This document shows, piece after piece, positions 42,161-58,391 of a stretch of DNA of 64,000 nt (position 1 is its first letter; each line of letters starts with the position of its first letter). The notes beneath the pieces are model-generated. The model did not search any database. It had not been told where the DNA came from and saw only the letters and a list, made by a program, of their open reading frames with translations. This DNA comes from the human T2T-CHM13v2.0 reference genome, Homo sapiens. The stretch lies in assembly GCF_009914755.1 (NCBI RefSeq), contig NC_060925.1, one strand, 5' to 3'. The translations under genes were made by a program, and so were the position numbers.

Positions 42161-42879
42161 CTATAGATATTCTGTGTCATGAATTTTGATTATGCTTCTT
42201 ACTTTTGTAGTGGCTTAGAATCTTTCTGTGGTTTTGTTTCTGTGATAAGTGATTCTCTTTCAGGATTTCCATTATCCCAGATTCTTCCCATTTTATGGCA
42301 GCTCAGATGGAAGAAACGCTCTCCACACAAACAATCTAAAAAATGAGCAGTAGCTAAGTTTTCCTAAAAGATCTTTTAGCTATTATTTATGTCCTGTGGT
42401 TGCTTGACTTTCTGTGAACTTCATTTGGAATTTGTCCTTGCTTATCAAGGTGATGTAGTGATGGGCACAGATATTGTCATTATTTCCTATAGGGTGTCGG
42501 AAATTTAGTCTATTGGTAATTTTGCCTTGACTGCCTTAAATTTACTTATAAATAGAAATATGTGAATAATGTATTTTTCCTCTTTATTATGTAGGTTTAA
42601 TTGAAGTAGTATATTATTTTCATTACACATTAACATGTAGTATAGTACTATCTCAAATATAACTGCTGGGTGATGAAAAATAGCCTTCACAAACTCATGT
42701 TCCAAAATTTCTCAGGCCCTTATTCAAGAAATTGTTAATCTTATTTTCATGTGCACTTCTAACAGGGGTGCATTTCATAACAGATCATAAGCAGCCATTT
42801 ATACAGACGAGGCTGGCTGCTCTAGGAAAGTAAGCCAGTAGAGCAGAAACTGTCAGATTTATACCAGAACTGCAGTCTT

Positions 42880-43915
42880 TTATTTTCTTTTTTAGATTGA
42901 GGTGAAATGCGTAACATAAAATTAACTATTTTAAAATGAACAATTCAGTGGCATTTAGTGTATTCACAGTGTTGTGCAGCTACCAATCTATCCAGGTCCA
43001 AAACATTTTCATCACCCCCAAAGGAAACCCTATACCCCTTAAGTAGTTGCTCTCCATTTTCCCCTCTCCCCAGCCCCTGACAACCACCAACCTATAGTTT
43101 GTCTCTATAAATTTACCTATTCTAGGTATTTCATGTAAATGAAATCATATGGTATGTGACCTTTTGTGTATGGCTTCTTTAACTTAGTATAATGTTTTCA
43201 AGGTTCATTCATGTAATAGCATATTATCAGTACTCATTCCTTTTATGGCTGAATGGTATTCCATTATATGGATATACCACAATTTGTTGGTGTCCCTTTG
43301 TCTCTTGATGGACATTTGGGTTGTTTCCACTCTCTTTGGCTCTTGTGAATAATGCTGCTGTGAACATTTATATACACGGATTTGTTTGAGTACTTGTTTT
43401 CATTTATTTTGGGTATATAGTCATGCATAACGTCAGGGATACATTCTGAGAAATGCACCATTGTATGAACATCATAGAGTATGTTTCACAAACGAAGATG
43501 GTATAGCCTATGACATACCTAAACTATATGATATAGCCTGTTTCTCCTAGGCTACAAATCTGTACAGTTAGTATACTGAATACTGTATGCAATTGTAACA
43601 CAGTGGTATTTGTGTATCTAAACATAGAAAAGGTACAGTAAAAATAGGGTATTATAATCATGGTTCTATTGTTGCTGATGGAAATGTCTTTATATGGTAC
43701 GTGACTGTATGTCTAGCAGTGAAGTTGCTGGGTCCACTTTTTGATGGTCCTTCAAATAGTTAAACATAGAATTACCGCCAAACTTTTTTCCATAGCAGCT
43801 GAACCATTTTATATTTCCACAATCAATGTACAAGGATTCCAATTTCTCTGCATCCCTGCCAACACTTATTTCTTCTTTAAAAAAATTACAGCCATTTTAA
43901 TGGGATTAAATAATG
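42880..43915 (-). mobile_element. L1MB 3' end interrupted by a MER7A/Tigger3a element (about 43419-43707)
   Basis: L1MB 3'UTR words; internal TA-flanked agtcatgcataacgtcagggatacattctgagaaatgc ... gtgactg. Confidence 0.8.
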
Positions 43916-44299
43916 TACTTTAAAAAGTGGCAACTCTTCATTCATTTTCCCCAGGAAATAATAATAACTGAAACCTCCTCCTTTTTTCCAATGTTTTTGT
44001 GTATTTTCCTCTATCTTATAGTCAAAATATCTTGTAATAATGAGATGAGAATGGGCAATAATAAATTGTGTTTACATCTAAGGCAGTTAGATGTTTGACT
44101 TGTCACCTTGGTTGTTTGTGCCTTGCTCTCTTACCCTGAACTACCTGTATCACCTCATCTCTCCTACATCTTAGCCACACTAAACCTCTCAAAACTCTTT
44201 GTACCTTTCTAAGAGCAAGTAAGTGCTCTGCTTTGCATGGCTTGAGGACAGTGACAGTACCTTATTCTTTTTTGTGTTCTACCTTCCACTTTTTTTAGA

Positions 44300-45075
44300 T
44301 ACCACTTTTCATAGATATCTTATTTTTTTTAATAGTGCTTGTCTTTTGTATTACTTATTTACTTGTCTGCCACCCAAACCTAACTGTGAGCTCCTTGTAG
44401 TATGGGAATATGACTTTGTAACCCTAGGACCTAACAGGGTATTTAAAATTGTTAAAATTCTTAGATTTTATTTTTTAACGTGGCCACGGTGTCTTCTACT
44501 TTTGGTATAGAAATGCTTGGTATTTTCTTCCCTCACTCAACCTTTTCCAATTAATTCCATCTCATCCTCTTAAGATTCATCTGAAATGTTGTCTCCAGGA
44601 AGCTTCCCTGACCTTGCCTTCTCCCTTTCCCCTTAAAGTCTTCTTTTAATGTTCTTGTCAGTAGCCTATGTGGTATCTGTTTTATACTTTCCACATTGTA
44701 TATATATTTTTATGAATATGGAATTCATAAATGCATTACTTGTGCACCCCGGCCAGACTCGCTATCCCTTTTCCTCTTTATTTTTCCATAGCATTTATTT
44801 GTATCTGATATTCAATATTTTTTCATTTTTATTATCTATTTCCCAACTAGAATGTAAGCTCCACGAAGGACATTATTTTTGTCTCTCCACTGCTGCATCT
44901 CTGACACCTGGAACAGTGCTTGCTATACAGTATATGCTCAATACGTATTTTTTGAATGAATTAATCAGTTAATGAATAGGCCTGAGAACTACTTAAGAGC
45001 AGTGACTGTGGTGTATTCATTTTTATAACCTCAGCATCTGGAATATCAATTCTCAATAAATATTTATTGAATACA
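44300..45075 (+). mobile_element. L2 3'-end fragments
   Basis: ctagaatgtaagctccacgaagg...gctcaatacgtatttttgaatgaat; caataaatatttattgaat. Confidence 0.7.
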
Positions 45076-45941
45076 GCATTTATTTTTACAGCAGGATCTT
45101 TTGCTATGTGATATTCCTGGTTCTCATTTGTTGTTGTTTTTGTTTGTTCCTAAATAATTATATAAAAATAGAAAATGCACATAAGCAAAAATAATTGTTT
45201 CATTCAAAATAGGAGATGATTCAGTCATAGTCTTGTGTATATGGGCATAATAATTTTATCTAAAGCCATTTCTTATAAAGGTAAAACTGTTCATTCAAGG
45301 GAAGAGAAATTTCTACTGAACTGTAAACATGAACACATCAGTTGGCTAAGATTTAAGAAAACAGCTGAATATTTTTATATTCATATTTCAAAGTAATCAT
45401 TGCTTTGGAGTAGATTAAAAATAAAGGTTGTATAGGGTTTCAGGTGAGTTTTGATTAATAAGAAAAGATTACATACACATCAAGTTAGATTAAGTTCCCA
45501 ATAAGCCAATGATACTAAGTATTATTGGGAGGCAAAGTCATTTCAGAACAGGTGTACTATACTTAATGTAGTTTCCCTTGCCCCCTGCAAGTAGGATCAT
45601 ATCAGATGAGAGAATAAAAAGAGTACCTTGCCTTTTTACATATTCAGGATTTTGGTCTCCGTTGAGAATGAATCTTTTTTGTTCTTTTGTTGGAAATGGG
45701 CTATTTACAAATATTTTCCAGGGTTCCAGAAAACTCAGTTCTCTGCAACCAACTTTCTTACTCTGATTTAATTCTATTTTGTCGTCTGTGTGATTCTGAT
45801 ACTTAGTCTGAGACCTATAGTAACAAATGTATTTCCATGCATTTAGCTAAAGAACATGGGGAACTGACATTGCAAAAGACAGATTTTTTTTCTTTTTAAA
45901 GTGTCATGATTTCCTTCAGATGTAGCTAGGTCCTGAACAGA

Positions 45942-46932
<991 letters not shown>

Positions 46933-49594
46933 GAAACTATTAATGTTATATCTTAAGTAATGATTAAACGTCCTAAGGAAAACTAGATTTTATAGGAGTT
47001 AAGATTTTGGAAATATTATTTATAATTAGGCTGGCCCTTAAAGTCTTCTTGAAGGAAGTAGATTCCAGGCTGGATATTTCATAATGACTAGGATTTTCAG
47101 AGCTAGAGAGGAGGGTGAAGGATATCTGCATTTTCATCCTATTTGAGGGTTTCACCTTAGCTTTCTCCCTGACTCTCCTCTCCTCCCTCCCACCTCTTCT
47201 TTTCTCCTTCTTTCCCTAATGTGTAATGTTTCCTCTCTCATTTATACATTTTAAAATTAATGTTCATAGGATATAGATTTCCATTCTCATTTGTGGAAAA
47301 ATGACAACAGGAATAGGATAAAGGAGAGGACTGTCCTCCCACCGCAAAAATAGATGCACACCTGGGCAGAATTCAAACAGCAGAAGTGTGTCTCTTTTAA
47401 GAGACTGGAGACTGATTGCTTTGGAGATGACATTGAAGGATAAATTGAAAGGATGCCCATTTTAGGAAAATTTTAGCAATAAAAATTAAAGCTGTTATCA
47501 CAACTTAATGGTAATACTCATCATGGTAGAGAATTTGAAAAATACAGAATAATGTATTCACTATTAACATTTTGATGCATTTCCTATTTGAAGACGTTTT
47601 TTGACAAAGTTGTCCTTTATAAAATGTAATATTTCTTGTGGGCTATAAAATTTGATTTGATTCCTTTTTAAAAACTTTATTTTAATGTAAAAGAAATGTA
47701 GTTGAAGTAGCTAGCTGTGAGATAGATAGCAAAGGCCAGAATTCTACTACTTTGTCATCTTATGTCCCCTTATGAGCCTGATCATGGCCTCAATTACTGA
47801 TTTGTCACTTAGCTAATATTTGTGAATGAGCATTGAATTGGAGTCCTTCGTCATTGGATGGTTTAGTAGAAAGGGCAATTGGGAGAGAGTTGAGGCAGGG
47901 GTGCTAGACAAATCGGTGGAAGGCTCGGAATTTCAGTCTGAGCTCAATTACTATCCAGCTTGGTTATTTCAGTGGAAGTATTTCTGTATATTAGAAAAAA
48001 TTTCTTATTTGTAAAACAAGGAGCTTGATTAGTTCTTTTTAATGTCCCTTTCAGCTTTACCATTTCCAAAATATGAAATAAATAGAATCATGTGGATGTA
48101 CCCTTTGAATCTGGCTGCTTTTACTTAGTATAGCGGGCTTGAGATTCATATTCATCTGTGTCATATGTACTTTAGCTCAATTTTATTTCTTCCCTCACTC
48201 CCACAAAATGTTGAGGAAGTACCAAATGTGTTTTCGTAGTAAGAAGGTATAGATTATTGCTTTTGGGTTAGAGAGATGGGAAACATGAAAGAAAATAGCA
48301 TTTGAGCTGAGCGCTGAAAGACATTTAAATGCCTGAATCCTGTGCAAAGCTGAGTAATATGAACTGTTCATGAAGGGAAGAAACCTTTGCCTATTTGATC
48401 CTTGACTGCTGGCTATGAAGAGAAAAACAGAACTTTCTGGGAGATGAGGACTCTCCAGTGCTTGAACTTAATATAAATCCAACTGTCTCTCAGCTGGGTC
48501 TTCACTGTCACTGGTGCTAACCTTGGATTCACCTCTAATTTATTCCCTGTCACATTTTTCATTGCATATTTCCAGTCTTCTCTATTTCTGTTTTGCTCTT
48601 TCGTTTTCTGAAAATATCTGCCTTTTGATTACTGAAAAAATTGTAGCTGTCTGATTTGAGCCTCACCACCTCCCTCTTCAATACTTTACATTTTTCTGTT
48701 TTTACCTACCTTCTCCTTTTTTTTTTTTTTGCATCTGACAAAGAAATATCTCTCTTTACCCCCACCGCCTCCATTATTTGAATTGTCTTCTCGTACCCTT
48801 CAGGTTTCTGCCCTATCTTTCAACCGCTATTGTTCTTACCTTTTCAGCATATCCCTTCCACAGACTCTTTCAGTCTTTTAAGTTTGCTCAGGTTTTATCA
48901 ACCTCAAGTCTTTCCTTCCACCCTATCTGCCCCTTTGAATTATCATCCTCACGCTGTCCCGCCAGTACCTGACTTATGAAAGAAACGATCATCACTCACC
49001 ACCTTGGCTTCATTATTACCTGCTTTTGCCTTTATTCCTTGCAATCTGGATGTGTACCCAGAATTTTGTTGCACTTTTTTTTATTGTTGATTCTTTTACG
49101 ATTTTATGCAAAAGTAATTGTAAAAACTTGTATGTAAACATGAATGTAGCGTTTAAGTACTCATATCTACCACTGTGGCCATAAAGTAGAATGTTACCAT
49201 TCCTCAGAAGGCTTCTGTAGGCCCACCCTGAACATATTCCATTTTTCTACCACAAAAATAACCACTATCCCGAAGTTAGCGTTAATGGTGACATTGCTTT
49301 TCACTCAAAATATTTTTCCATCTACATATTTATCCTCAAATAACACATTACTTAGATTTGCCTGTTTCCATAATGAAATTGAATTATACTGTACCATGGA
49401 TATTTTATTACTGATTTCTTTTGCTCAACATTATGTGTTTGAGATTCATCCATGTTAGTACATATACCTATAATTCATTTTCACTGGATATAATATCCCA
49501 TTGTATGACTACATTAGAATGTTTGTTTATTCCATTATTGATGGACATTTGGGTTATTTCTAGGCTTTTGCTATTACAAATAATATGGCTATAA

Positions 49595-49943
<349 letters not shown>

Positions 49944-50961
49944 TACCCAGAGTATTTTCTTAATAGTGTTATTGCTGAACTTGTTCTAATGTTACTTAGT
50001 ACTGCCAGCCAGTTTTCCAGAGCATTTGTACTGGTTTATACTGCTACTAATAGCAACTGGGATTAACCGACTTTGCAATTTTAGCCAATTTATCAGGTGT
50101 AAAATGGTATCTCATTGGGGTTTTAATTTGCATTTCCATAGTTTCCAAGCAGATTGAACATCTTTTCCTGTGTTTATGGGCCATCTGTGTTTCTTCCTTT
50201 GTTAAATTCCTGTTCATTTATCTTGCCTATTTTTTCTGTTGGGTTGACTTTTTCTTATTGACTCATAGGAGTTCTTTGTGTATTCTGAATACTAATCCTT
50301 TGTTGTTTGTATGGATTGTAAATATTTTCTTTTTTCAATTCACTTTATGTAGCCCTTTGATGAGCTTTTAATTTTAAAGTAGTTAAATTTATGTGTTTTC
50401 ATCTTTTGGTTCTTGATAAAGAAATTCTTCACTTTCCCAAGGTTAGAATGATATTCTTTTATGTTATCTTCTAAGAATGTTATAGTTTTGCATTTCACAT
50501 TTTGGCTTTTAATCCTTCTGAAATTTTCATTTTTCTTTCTTTTTTTTTTTTTAGTATAGTGTAATGTGTCTAGTTTTTTGTTTTTTGTTTTTTAAATAGA
50601 TACCCAGCTACCCCTTTATTAAAAACTCCACCCTTTCCTCATTGATCTGTCATCTTTCATCCCTTCCTCACCTCTGTCATGTTTCAAGTGTTCATAGGTG
50701 TGTGTACCTCTGTCTCTAGACTCTGCACTGGTATATGTGTTGATCCCTATGCTAATACCACACTGCCTCAATTATTATTGCTCTCTAAATGTTAATATCT
50801 TGATAATCCACGTCTCCATGTTTTAAAGAACATCTTGGCCCCATGCCATTCTATGTAAATTTTAGAATCAACTTGTTAAGTTCTACCCCTCTGCTCCAAA
50901 AAAAAGACAGAGAGAAAATAATTTATTGAGATTTTCATATGAATTTACTTTGAATCCATAG

Positions 50962-51174
<213 letters not shown>

Positions 51175-51309
51175 TAAATAAAGTTTTATAATTTTCTGCC
51201 TATGGAACTTGCTGTATTTTGATAGATTTATTTTCAGGACTTTGTATCTTTTAAGTGTTTATAAATAAAATCTTTAAAAATTGTTTTCATTTGGAATATA
51301 CAAAGACAA

Positions 51310-51667
51310 TTTTATTATTATTATTATTTTTTGAGACAGGGTCTCACTTTGTTGCCCACACTGGAGTGCAGTGGCAGGATCATGGCTCACTGCAGCCTCG
51401 ACTTCCCTCAGATCAGGTGATCCTCCCACCTCAGCCTCCTAAGTATGTTACTTAGTACTGGGACTATACTGTTACTAAGTAGCTGGGACTATAGGCACGT
51501 CCCACCACGCCTAGCTAATTTTTCTTTTTCTTTTTTTTTTTTTTTTTTCTTGTAGAGGCGGGGTTTCACCATGTTGCCCAGGCTGGTCTCTACTCCTGGG
51601 CTCAAGGGATCTGCCCGCCCTGGCTCACGCCTGCTAGGATTACAGGCGTGAGCCACCCTGCCCGGCC
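51310..51667 (-). mobile_element. AluJ with an internal complex insertion
   Basis: Dimer with about 35 extra nt at 51446-51480. Confidence 0.88.
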
Positions 51668-51871
51668 ACAAAGGCAGTTTTAAAGTAGATTTTGTGTGCT
51701 GCATCCTCATTAAACTCTCTTATTCTAATAATAAATTATTAGATTCCTTAGAACATTCTGTACACACAAATCACCTGCAAAGGGTTTTATTTTGTTTTTT
51801 CCAACTCAGATGTTTTCTTTTTTGTCTTGTTTTGCTGGATAGGCCTTGGAGTATGATAGAAGTAGTAGTAG

Positions 51872-52572
51872 TGTTACCAGTGGCAAATATCCAAGTTTCA
51901 CAGCATCAAATGTGTTACCGGTAGAAGGTATTTGAGTCACTGGCGGCAAATATATACGGGTCTGCAGCAACTTCAATTCTTGCCTCCTCAGAAGAAAGAA
52001 TTCGACTGAGGGGCATAAGGCAGCAGAAGAGACCAAGGCAAGTTTCAGAGCATGGGTGGAAGTTTACTTACAAAGGCTTTAGAACAGGAAAGAAAGGAAA
52101 GTACACTTAGAAGAGTCCCAAGCAGGCACCGAGGTCAAGTGCAGTGTTTAACCTTGATCCTGGGACTTTATAGGCTGGCCCCTTTCCCATGATTCTTCCC
52201 TTGAGGTGGGCTGCCCACATGTGTAGTGCCCTCCTTACCCTTGGGAGGTGAGCAGGCGCAGTGTGTTTAGGAAGTTGTAGACATGCCCATCTGAGGTTTT
52301 CTTCCCTTTTCTGGTGGTGTGCCCCCAGAAGGTCATATTCCGCCATTTTGTCTCTTAATGCACATGCTCAAGAAATTACTTCTCCCTGGTCCCTGCCTTC
52401 AATTAACACTTTAGCACAACAGGTGTGGACCATTAGGAAATGGCCTTTCCCTGAAGCCGGCTGCCAATTTATCACTTAGGCAATATGAAAACTGCCAGAC
52501 CATCACCCGACATTCCTAGTGGGCAAGGGAAGAGCCCTCTGCCCTGCTCATGCCTGTCTACCTATTGTAACA
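51872..52572 (-). mobile_element. ERV1 solo LTR, MER50-like
   Basis: TG...CA ends; minus strand begins TGTTACAATAGGTAGACAGGCATGAGCAGGGCAG; flanks gtag/gtaa. Confidence 0.75.
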
Positions 52573-52707
52573 GTAACTGGCCCCCTTATCTTCTTCTTAA
52601 TCTTAAAGGAAATGCTTTTAATTTTTCACCATAAACTATGATGTTTATTTATTTTAATGCTTATTCTTTATCAAGTTAAAGAAACTTGTATTCCTATGCC
52701 AAGATTG

Positions 52708-53036
52708 CCCCCCCTCCCCCACGCCTCCCCCCCCACCCCACCCCCCGCTTCTTTGTGAGACGGGGTCTCACTTTGTTCCCCAGGCAGGAGTGTAGTGGTG
52801 TGACGTGGGCTCACTGCGGCCTCAACCTTCTGGGTTCAAGCAGTCCTTCCCCTCTCAGCCCAAGTTGCTGGGACTACAGGTGTGCACCATCACGCCTGGC
52901 TGATTTTGGTATTTTTGGTAGAGATGGGGTTTCATCATGTTGCCCAGGCTCATCTCAAACTCCAGAGCTCAAATAATCCACCTGCCTCAGCCTCCCAAAA
53001 TGCTAGGATTACAGGTGTGAGCCAGCACACCCAGTC
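52708..53036 (-). mobile_element. AluJ with a C-run tail on the + strand
   Basis: TSD tatgccaaga on both sides. Confidence 0.85.
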
Positions 53037-53159
53037 CTTATGCCAAGAATTTTTATCATAAGTGGATATTGTATTTGTCTAAGAGTTTTATGCATCTTTT
53101 GAGATTTCTATATGATTCCACCCCGCCCTTTATTGAACTTGGTGAATCTTATTAATTGA

Positions 53160-53622
<463 letters not shown>

Positions 53623-54071
53623 TAGCCATAATATTTTATATTAGTAGATTAGGTTTGCTATTATTATTTAGTATTTTTTCATATATGTTTATGAATGAAA
53701 CTGGCTTGTATTTATATTTTTCACACTTTATCAGGTTATGGTATCGAGGTTATGCTGGTCTCATAAAATGAGTTAGAAGTGTTTCTGGTTTTGTTGTTCT
53801 CTGGAAACGTTTGTGGAGGATTAGAATTATTTGTTCCTTGAATTTTTGGAAGCACTTGGGTAAAATCAACAAGGCTTTTTATTCTCTTGGGAAGATTTTT
53901 ACTTACCTACTAATTCAGTTTCCTTAAATGCTGTGGGACTCTATGGATTTTCTATTTCTTCTTGAGTCAGTCTTGATAAATTATATTTTCTATAGAGTTA
54001 TTCATTTTTAAGTTTTAATTGTATTGACATGAAACGCTTCACAATATATTCTTAATCTTTTTATTATCTGC

Positions 54072-54074
<3 letters not shown>

Positions 54075-54102
<28 letters not shown>

Positions 54103-54220
54103 TGGAGACAGGTTCTGACTGTGCTGCTCAGGCTGGTCTTGAACTCCTGGCCTCAAGTAATTCTTCTGCTTCAGCCTGTCTAGAGTGCTGGGATACAGGC
54201 TTGAGCTACTGCACCTGACC
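54075..54220 (-). mobile_element. Alu monomer (FLAM/AluJ left arm)
   Basis: Long poly-T plus a single arm; TSD ctgcagc. Confidence 0.8.
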
Positions 54221-54549
54221 TGCAGCAGTTTTTGATAGGCCTTTTTGTTACACTTAAATTGTTTGTTTGCTCCTTCTCTCTTATTTTCTTGTTCCATCTT
54301 ACCAGAAGTTTATACGTTACAAAGTGACAAGATTCTTTTGAAAGAACCAAGTTGGTGTTTCTATTATGTGGAAGTTTTTTTTAATGGTATTCATTATTGG
54401 TCTTACCTTTATTATTACCTTTCCCTCTATTTTCTTTGGATTTATTTATTTCTCAGTGCTCTTATCCTTATCTTCTCTGTACCATTTAATAGTATTAAAC
54501 CACTCCATCCTTGTAGCTTTCTCATCCCTGGCTCCTGAAACACACTAGA

Positions 54550-57239
54550 CTTTTTTTAAAAAAAAAAAACTATTTTTGTTTTAGATGTAGGGGGTAAACG
54601 CACAGGTTTGTTACATGGGTATATCGCCTGATGCTGAGGTTTGGGATTCTAATGATTCTGTCACCCAAGTAGCAAACCTAGTACCGTAGGTAGTTTTTCA
54701 GCCCTTGCCTTCTCCTTCCCTTCCCCCTTTTGGAATCCCTAGTTTCTGTTTCTGTCTTTGTGTCTTATGTGTTTAACTCCCACTTAAATGTGAGAATATG
54801 TGGTATTTGGTTTTCTGTTCCTGTGTTAATTCACTTAGGAAAATGGCCTCCAGCTGCATCCGTATTACTGCATGGATTTTGTTCTGTTTATGGCTGCATA
54901 GTATTCCACGGTGCATATGTACCATATTTTCTTTATCTAATCCACTGTTTTGGGCACTTGGGTTGATTCCATGTCTCTGCTGTTGTGAATAGTGCTGTGA
55001 TAAACATGCAAATGCAGGTGTCTTTTGGGTAGAACGATTTATTTTTCTTTGGGTATATATCCAGTAATGGGATTGCTAGGTTGAATGGTAATTCTGTTTT
55101 TAGTTCTTTGAGAAATTGCCAAACTGCTTTCCACAGGGACTGAACTAATTTGCATTCCTACCAACAGTGTGTACGTGGTTTTTTTTTTTTCAGCTTTGTC
55201 AACATTTGTGGGTTTGTTTTTTTTTTTTTACTTTTTAATAATAGTCTGCCTAGTGTGAGATGGTATCTCATTGTTATTTTGATTTGTATTTCTGATGATT
55301 AGTGATGTTGAGCATTTTTTCATGTTTGTTGACTTGCTTGTATGTCTTCTTTTGAGACATGTCTGTCTTTGCCTGCTTTTTAATGAAGTTTTTTTTCTTG
55401 TTGATTTAAGTTCCTTATAGATTTTGGATATTAGTCCTTTTTTGGATGCACAGTTTGCTAATATTTTCTCCTATTCTGTAGGTTGTTTATTCTGTTGATA
55501 GTTTCTTTTGATAGTTGGTTTTGGCCCTCAGTGTACCTATCTCCTCAGTCCTGTCTCTTTAGTTTAATTAAATCCAAGTTGTCTGTTTTTATTTTTGTTG
55601 CGTTTGCTTTTGAGTACTTAGTCATAAATTCTTTGCTTAGGCCAATGTTTACAAGAGTATCTCCTAGGTTTTCTTCTGGGGTTTTTACAGTTTGTGGTCT
55701 TACATGGAAGTATTTAATCCATCTTGAGTTAATTTTTGTATATAGTGAGACGTAGCGGTCCAGTTTCATTCTTCTGCATATGGTCAGCCAGTTTTCCCAG
55801 CACCGTTATAGGGTGCCTGTTCCCCATTGTTTATTTTTCTTGACTGTGTCAAAGATCAGTTGGGTGTAGGTGTGGGGCTTTATTTTAGAGGTCTCTACTC
55901 TGTTATATTGGTCTGTGTATCTATTTTTGTACCAGTACCATGCTGTTTCATTAAGTAGCCTTGTAGTATAGCTTGAAGTCAGGTAATGTGATGCTTCTGG
56001 CTTTATTCTTTTTTGTTTAGGATTGCCTTGGCTATTCAGGCTCTTTTTGGTTCTATATGAATTTTAGAATAGTTTTTTTCTAATTATGTAAAAAAAATGA
56101 TGTTGGTAATTTGATAAGACTAGTGTTGAATCTGTAGATTGCTTTGGGCAGTATAGACATTTTAAAGGTATTGATTTTTCCAACCCTCGCTCATGGAATT
56201 ATTTTCTATTTGTTTGTGTCGTCTGTGATTTCTTTTAACAGTGTTTTATAGTACTCATAGATATCTTTCACCTCCTTGATTAGATGTATTCCTAGCTGTT
56301 TTTATTTTATTTTATTTTATTTTTTATTTTTTTCAATTTTGTGGCTACCGTAAATGGGATTGTATTCTTGATTTGGTTTTCAACTTGAACGTTATTCATG
56401 TATAGGAATGCTACTGATTTTTGTACATTGATTTCGTATCCTGAGTCTGCTGAAGTGGTTTATCAGGTCTAGGAGTCTTTGAGCAGAATCTTTATATAAT
56501 TTTACTTCTGCTTTTCCTATTTAGATGCTGTTTATTTGTTTCTCTTGCCTGATTGCTCTGGCAAGGACTTTCAGTACTATGTTGAATAGCAGTGGTGAGA
56601 GTGGACATCCTTGCCTTGTTCTTAGGGGAAATGCTTTCAACTTTTGACTGTTCCATATGATATTGGCTATGAGTTTATCATAGATGGCTCTTATTATTTT
56701 GAGGTATGTTCCTTCAATGCCTAGTTTATTAGGAGTTTTTATTATAAAGGGATGTTAGATTTTATTGAATGCTTTTTTCTGGTTCTATTGTGATGATCAT
56801 ATGGTTTTTGTTTTAATTCTGTTTGTGTAGTTAATCACGTACTGATTTGTATATGTTGAACCACCCTTACATCCCAGAAATAAAGCCCACTTGATCATGG
56901 GGAATTGACTTTTTGATGTGCTGCTGGATTTGGATTACTAATATTTTTTGAGGATTTTCGCATCTATGTTCATCTGGATGTTGGCCTGTAGTTTCCTTTT
57001 TTTGTTGTATCATTGCCAGATTTAGGTATCAAGATGATGCTGCTTTCATAGAAGAAGTTAGGGAGGAGTTCCTCCTACTTGATTTTTGGGGGATAGTTTC
57101 AGTAGAATTGGTACGAGCTCTTCCTTGTACGGCTGGTAAAATTTGGCTGTGAATCTATCTGGTCCAGGGATTTTTTGGTTAAGTTTTTCATTACTGATTT
57201 CGTTTAATTACTCATTATTGATCTGTTCAGGATTTCTGT
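54550..57239 (-). mobile_element. 5'-truncated L1PB-type element, about 2.7 kb
   Basis: Antisense 3'UTR plus ORF2 (remnant [20 protein letters not shown]...[10 protein letters not shown]); TSD aaacacacta at 54538-54547 and 57240-57249. Confidence 0.9.
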
Positions 57240-57694
57240 AAACACACTAATCTTGAATGGTTTTTTTTCTACTTTTCCAACTGCTCCTTCTGTTTCTCTG
57301 TGTCTTCATGTCTCCTAATGTAGGTGCTCCTATTATGTCTCCTAATGAAGGGTGCTCCTTTTCTCCCAGGCACACAAAACCAAGTGCTATTTGGTTTTGG
57401 CCCGCAATGTACCTACCTCCACATTTCTAGCTCATACTTAACTTCCAGTTGGGGTATGTGTGTGTGTATCTGTTTCTCTCTCCTTTCCTTGTAGTCCAAT
57501 TTAGGTCTTTATGTTTTACAAGAATGATTTCCATGTAATAACTACTTTCTTCTACTTCTCACCTCCCAGTGGAGCCTCAGTTGCCACAGTAAAAGAGGTT
57601 AACCTACCTTAGCACCTTAAATTCCTCTATTTATCTGAGTAGTTGTCTAAGAGTATTCTTTTTACCTTACTACCTTTGAATACTGTTTTGTATT

Positions 57695-58391
57695 CTGTTA
57701 TGAGGTGGTTAGTCCAGTGTGGCCACAATAGGTGACATAAGAAAAGCTCAGGAAAACAAAGTTTATTATACTCACAGGTCCTAGAGACAGGAGGCACAGC
57801 ACACCATGCAGGGTCACATGGGGAAGACACCAGAGTGGTGAGGAGGCAGAATATAGGAGTGAGTGGAAGGTTTAGGCCACTACCTTTGCTGGAGTTTCTA
57901 AAGGGGAATAGTTAGGCCATCACCTTTTTGCAGTGGCATGATCGTAGCTGGTTGCAGCCTCGAGCTCCTAGGCTCAAAGGATCCTTCCTGCCTCAGCCTC
58001 TGAGTAGCTGGAATTAGAGGGGAAAGCTACCCACTGGCTCTAGGCCACTACTTTTGTTGGGGTTTCTGTGGGAAAGTCAGGACAGAGTAAACAGTTTAGG
58101 ATTGGCTAATTTGAATAATTTTAGAGGGCTTTGGGACCACCTAGGGGTCGTCTCTAGTTGCCCAGTACCTGGCCCTAGGATGAAGGCAGAATATTGCCTG
58201 TAGAGTCTGATTGAGGAAGTATAGCTCTAGATTGGTTAGTTTGTGTATCAAAGACATGCTCCTGACTGGGCCCTTTGCTGTCTCCAAGAATTGACTAAAC
58301 CTGGGAGGGGCAGTCTCTCCCCAGCCAGAAAGGTTTTTATGATGTCAAAATATCATAATACATTAAAAATGTAAGAACATTTTACAATACA
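57695..58391 (-). mobile_element. ERVL-type solo LTR (MER74-like) containing an Alu fragment (about 57925-58040)
   Basis: aacagtttaggattggctaatttgaataatt...cccagtacctggccctaggatg...; TG...CA ends. Confidence 0.6.
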
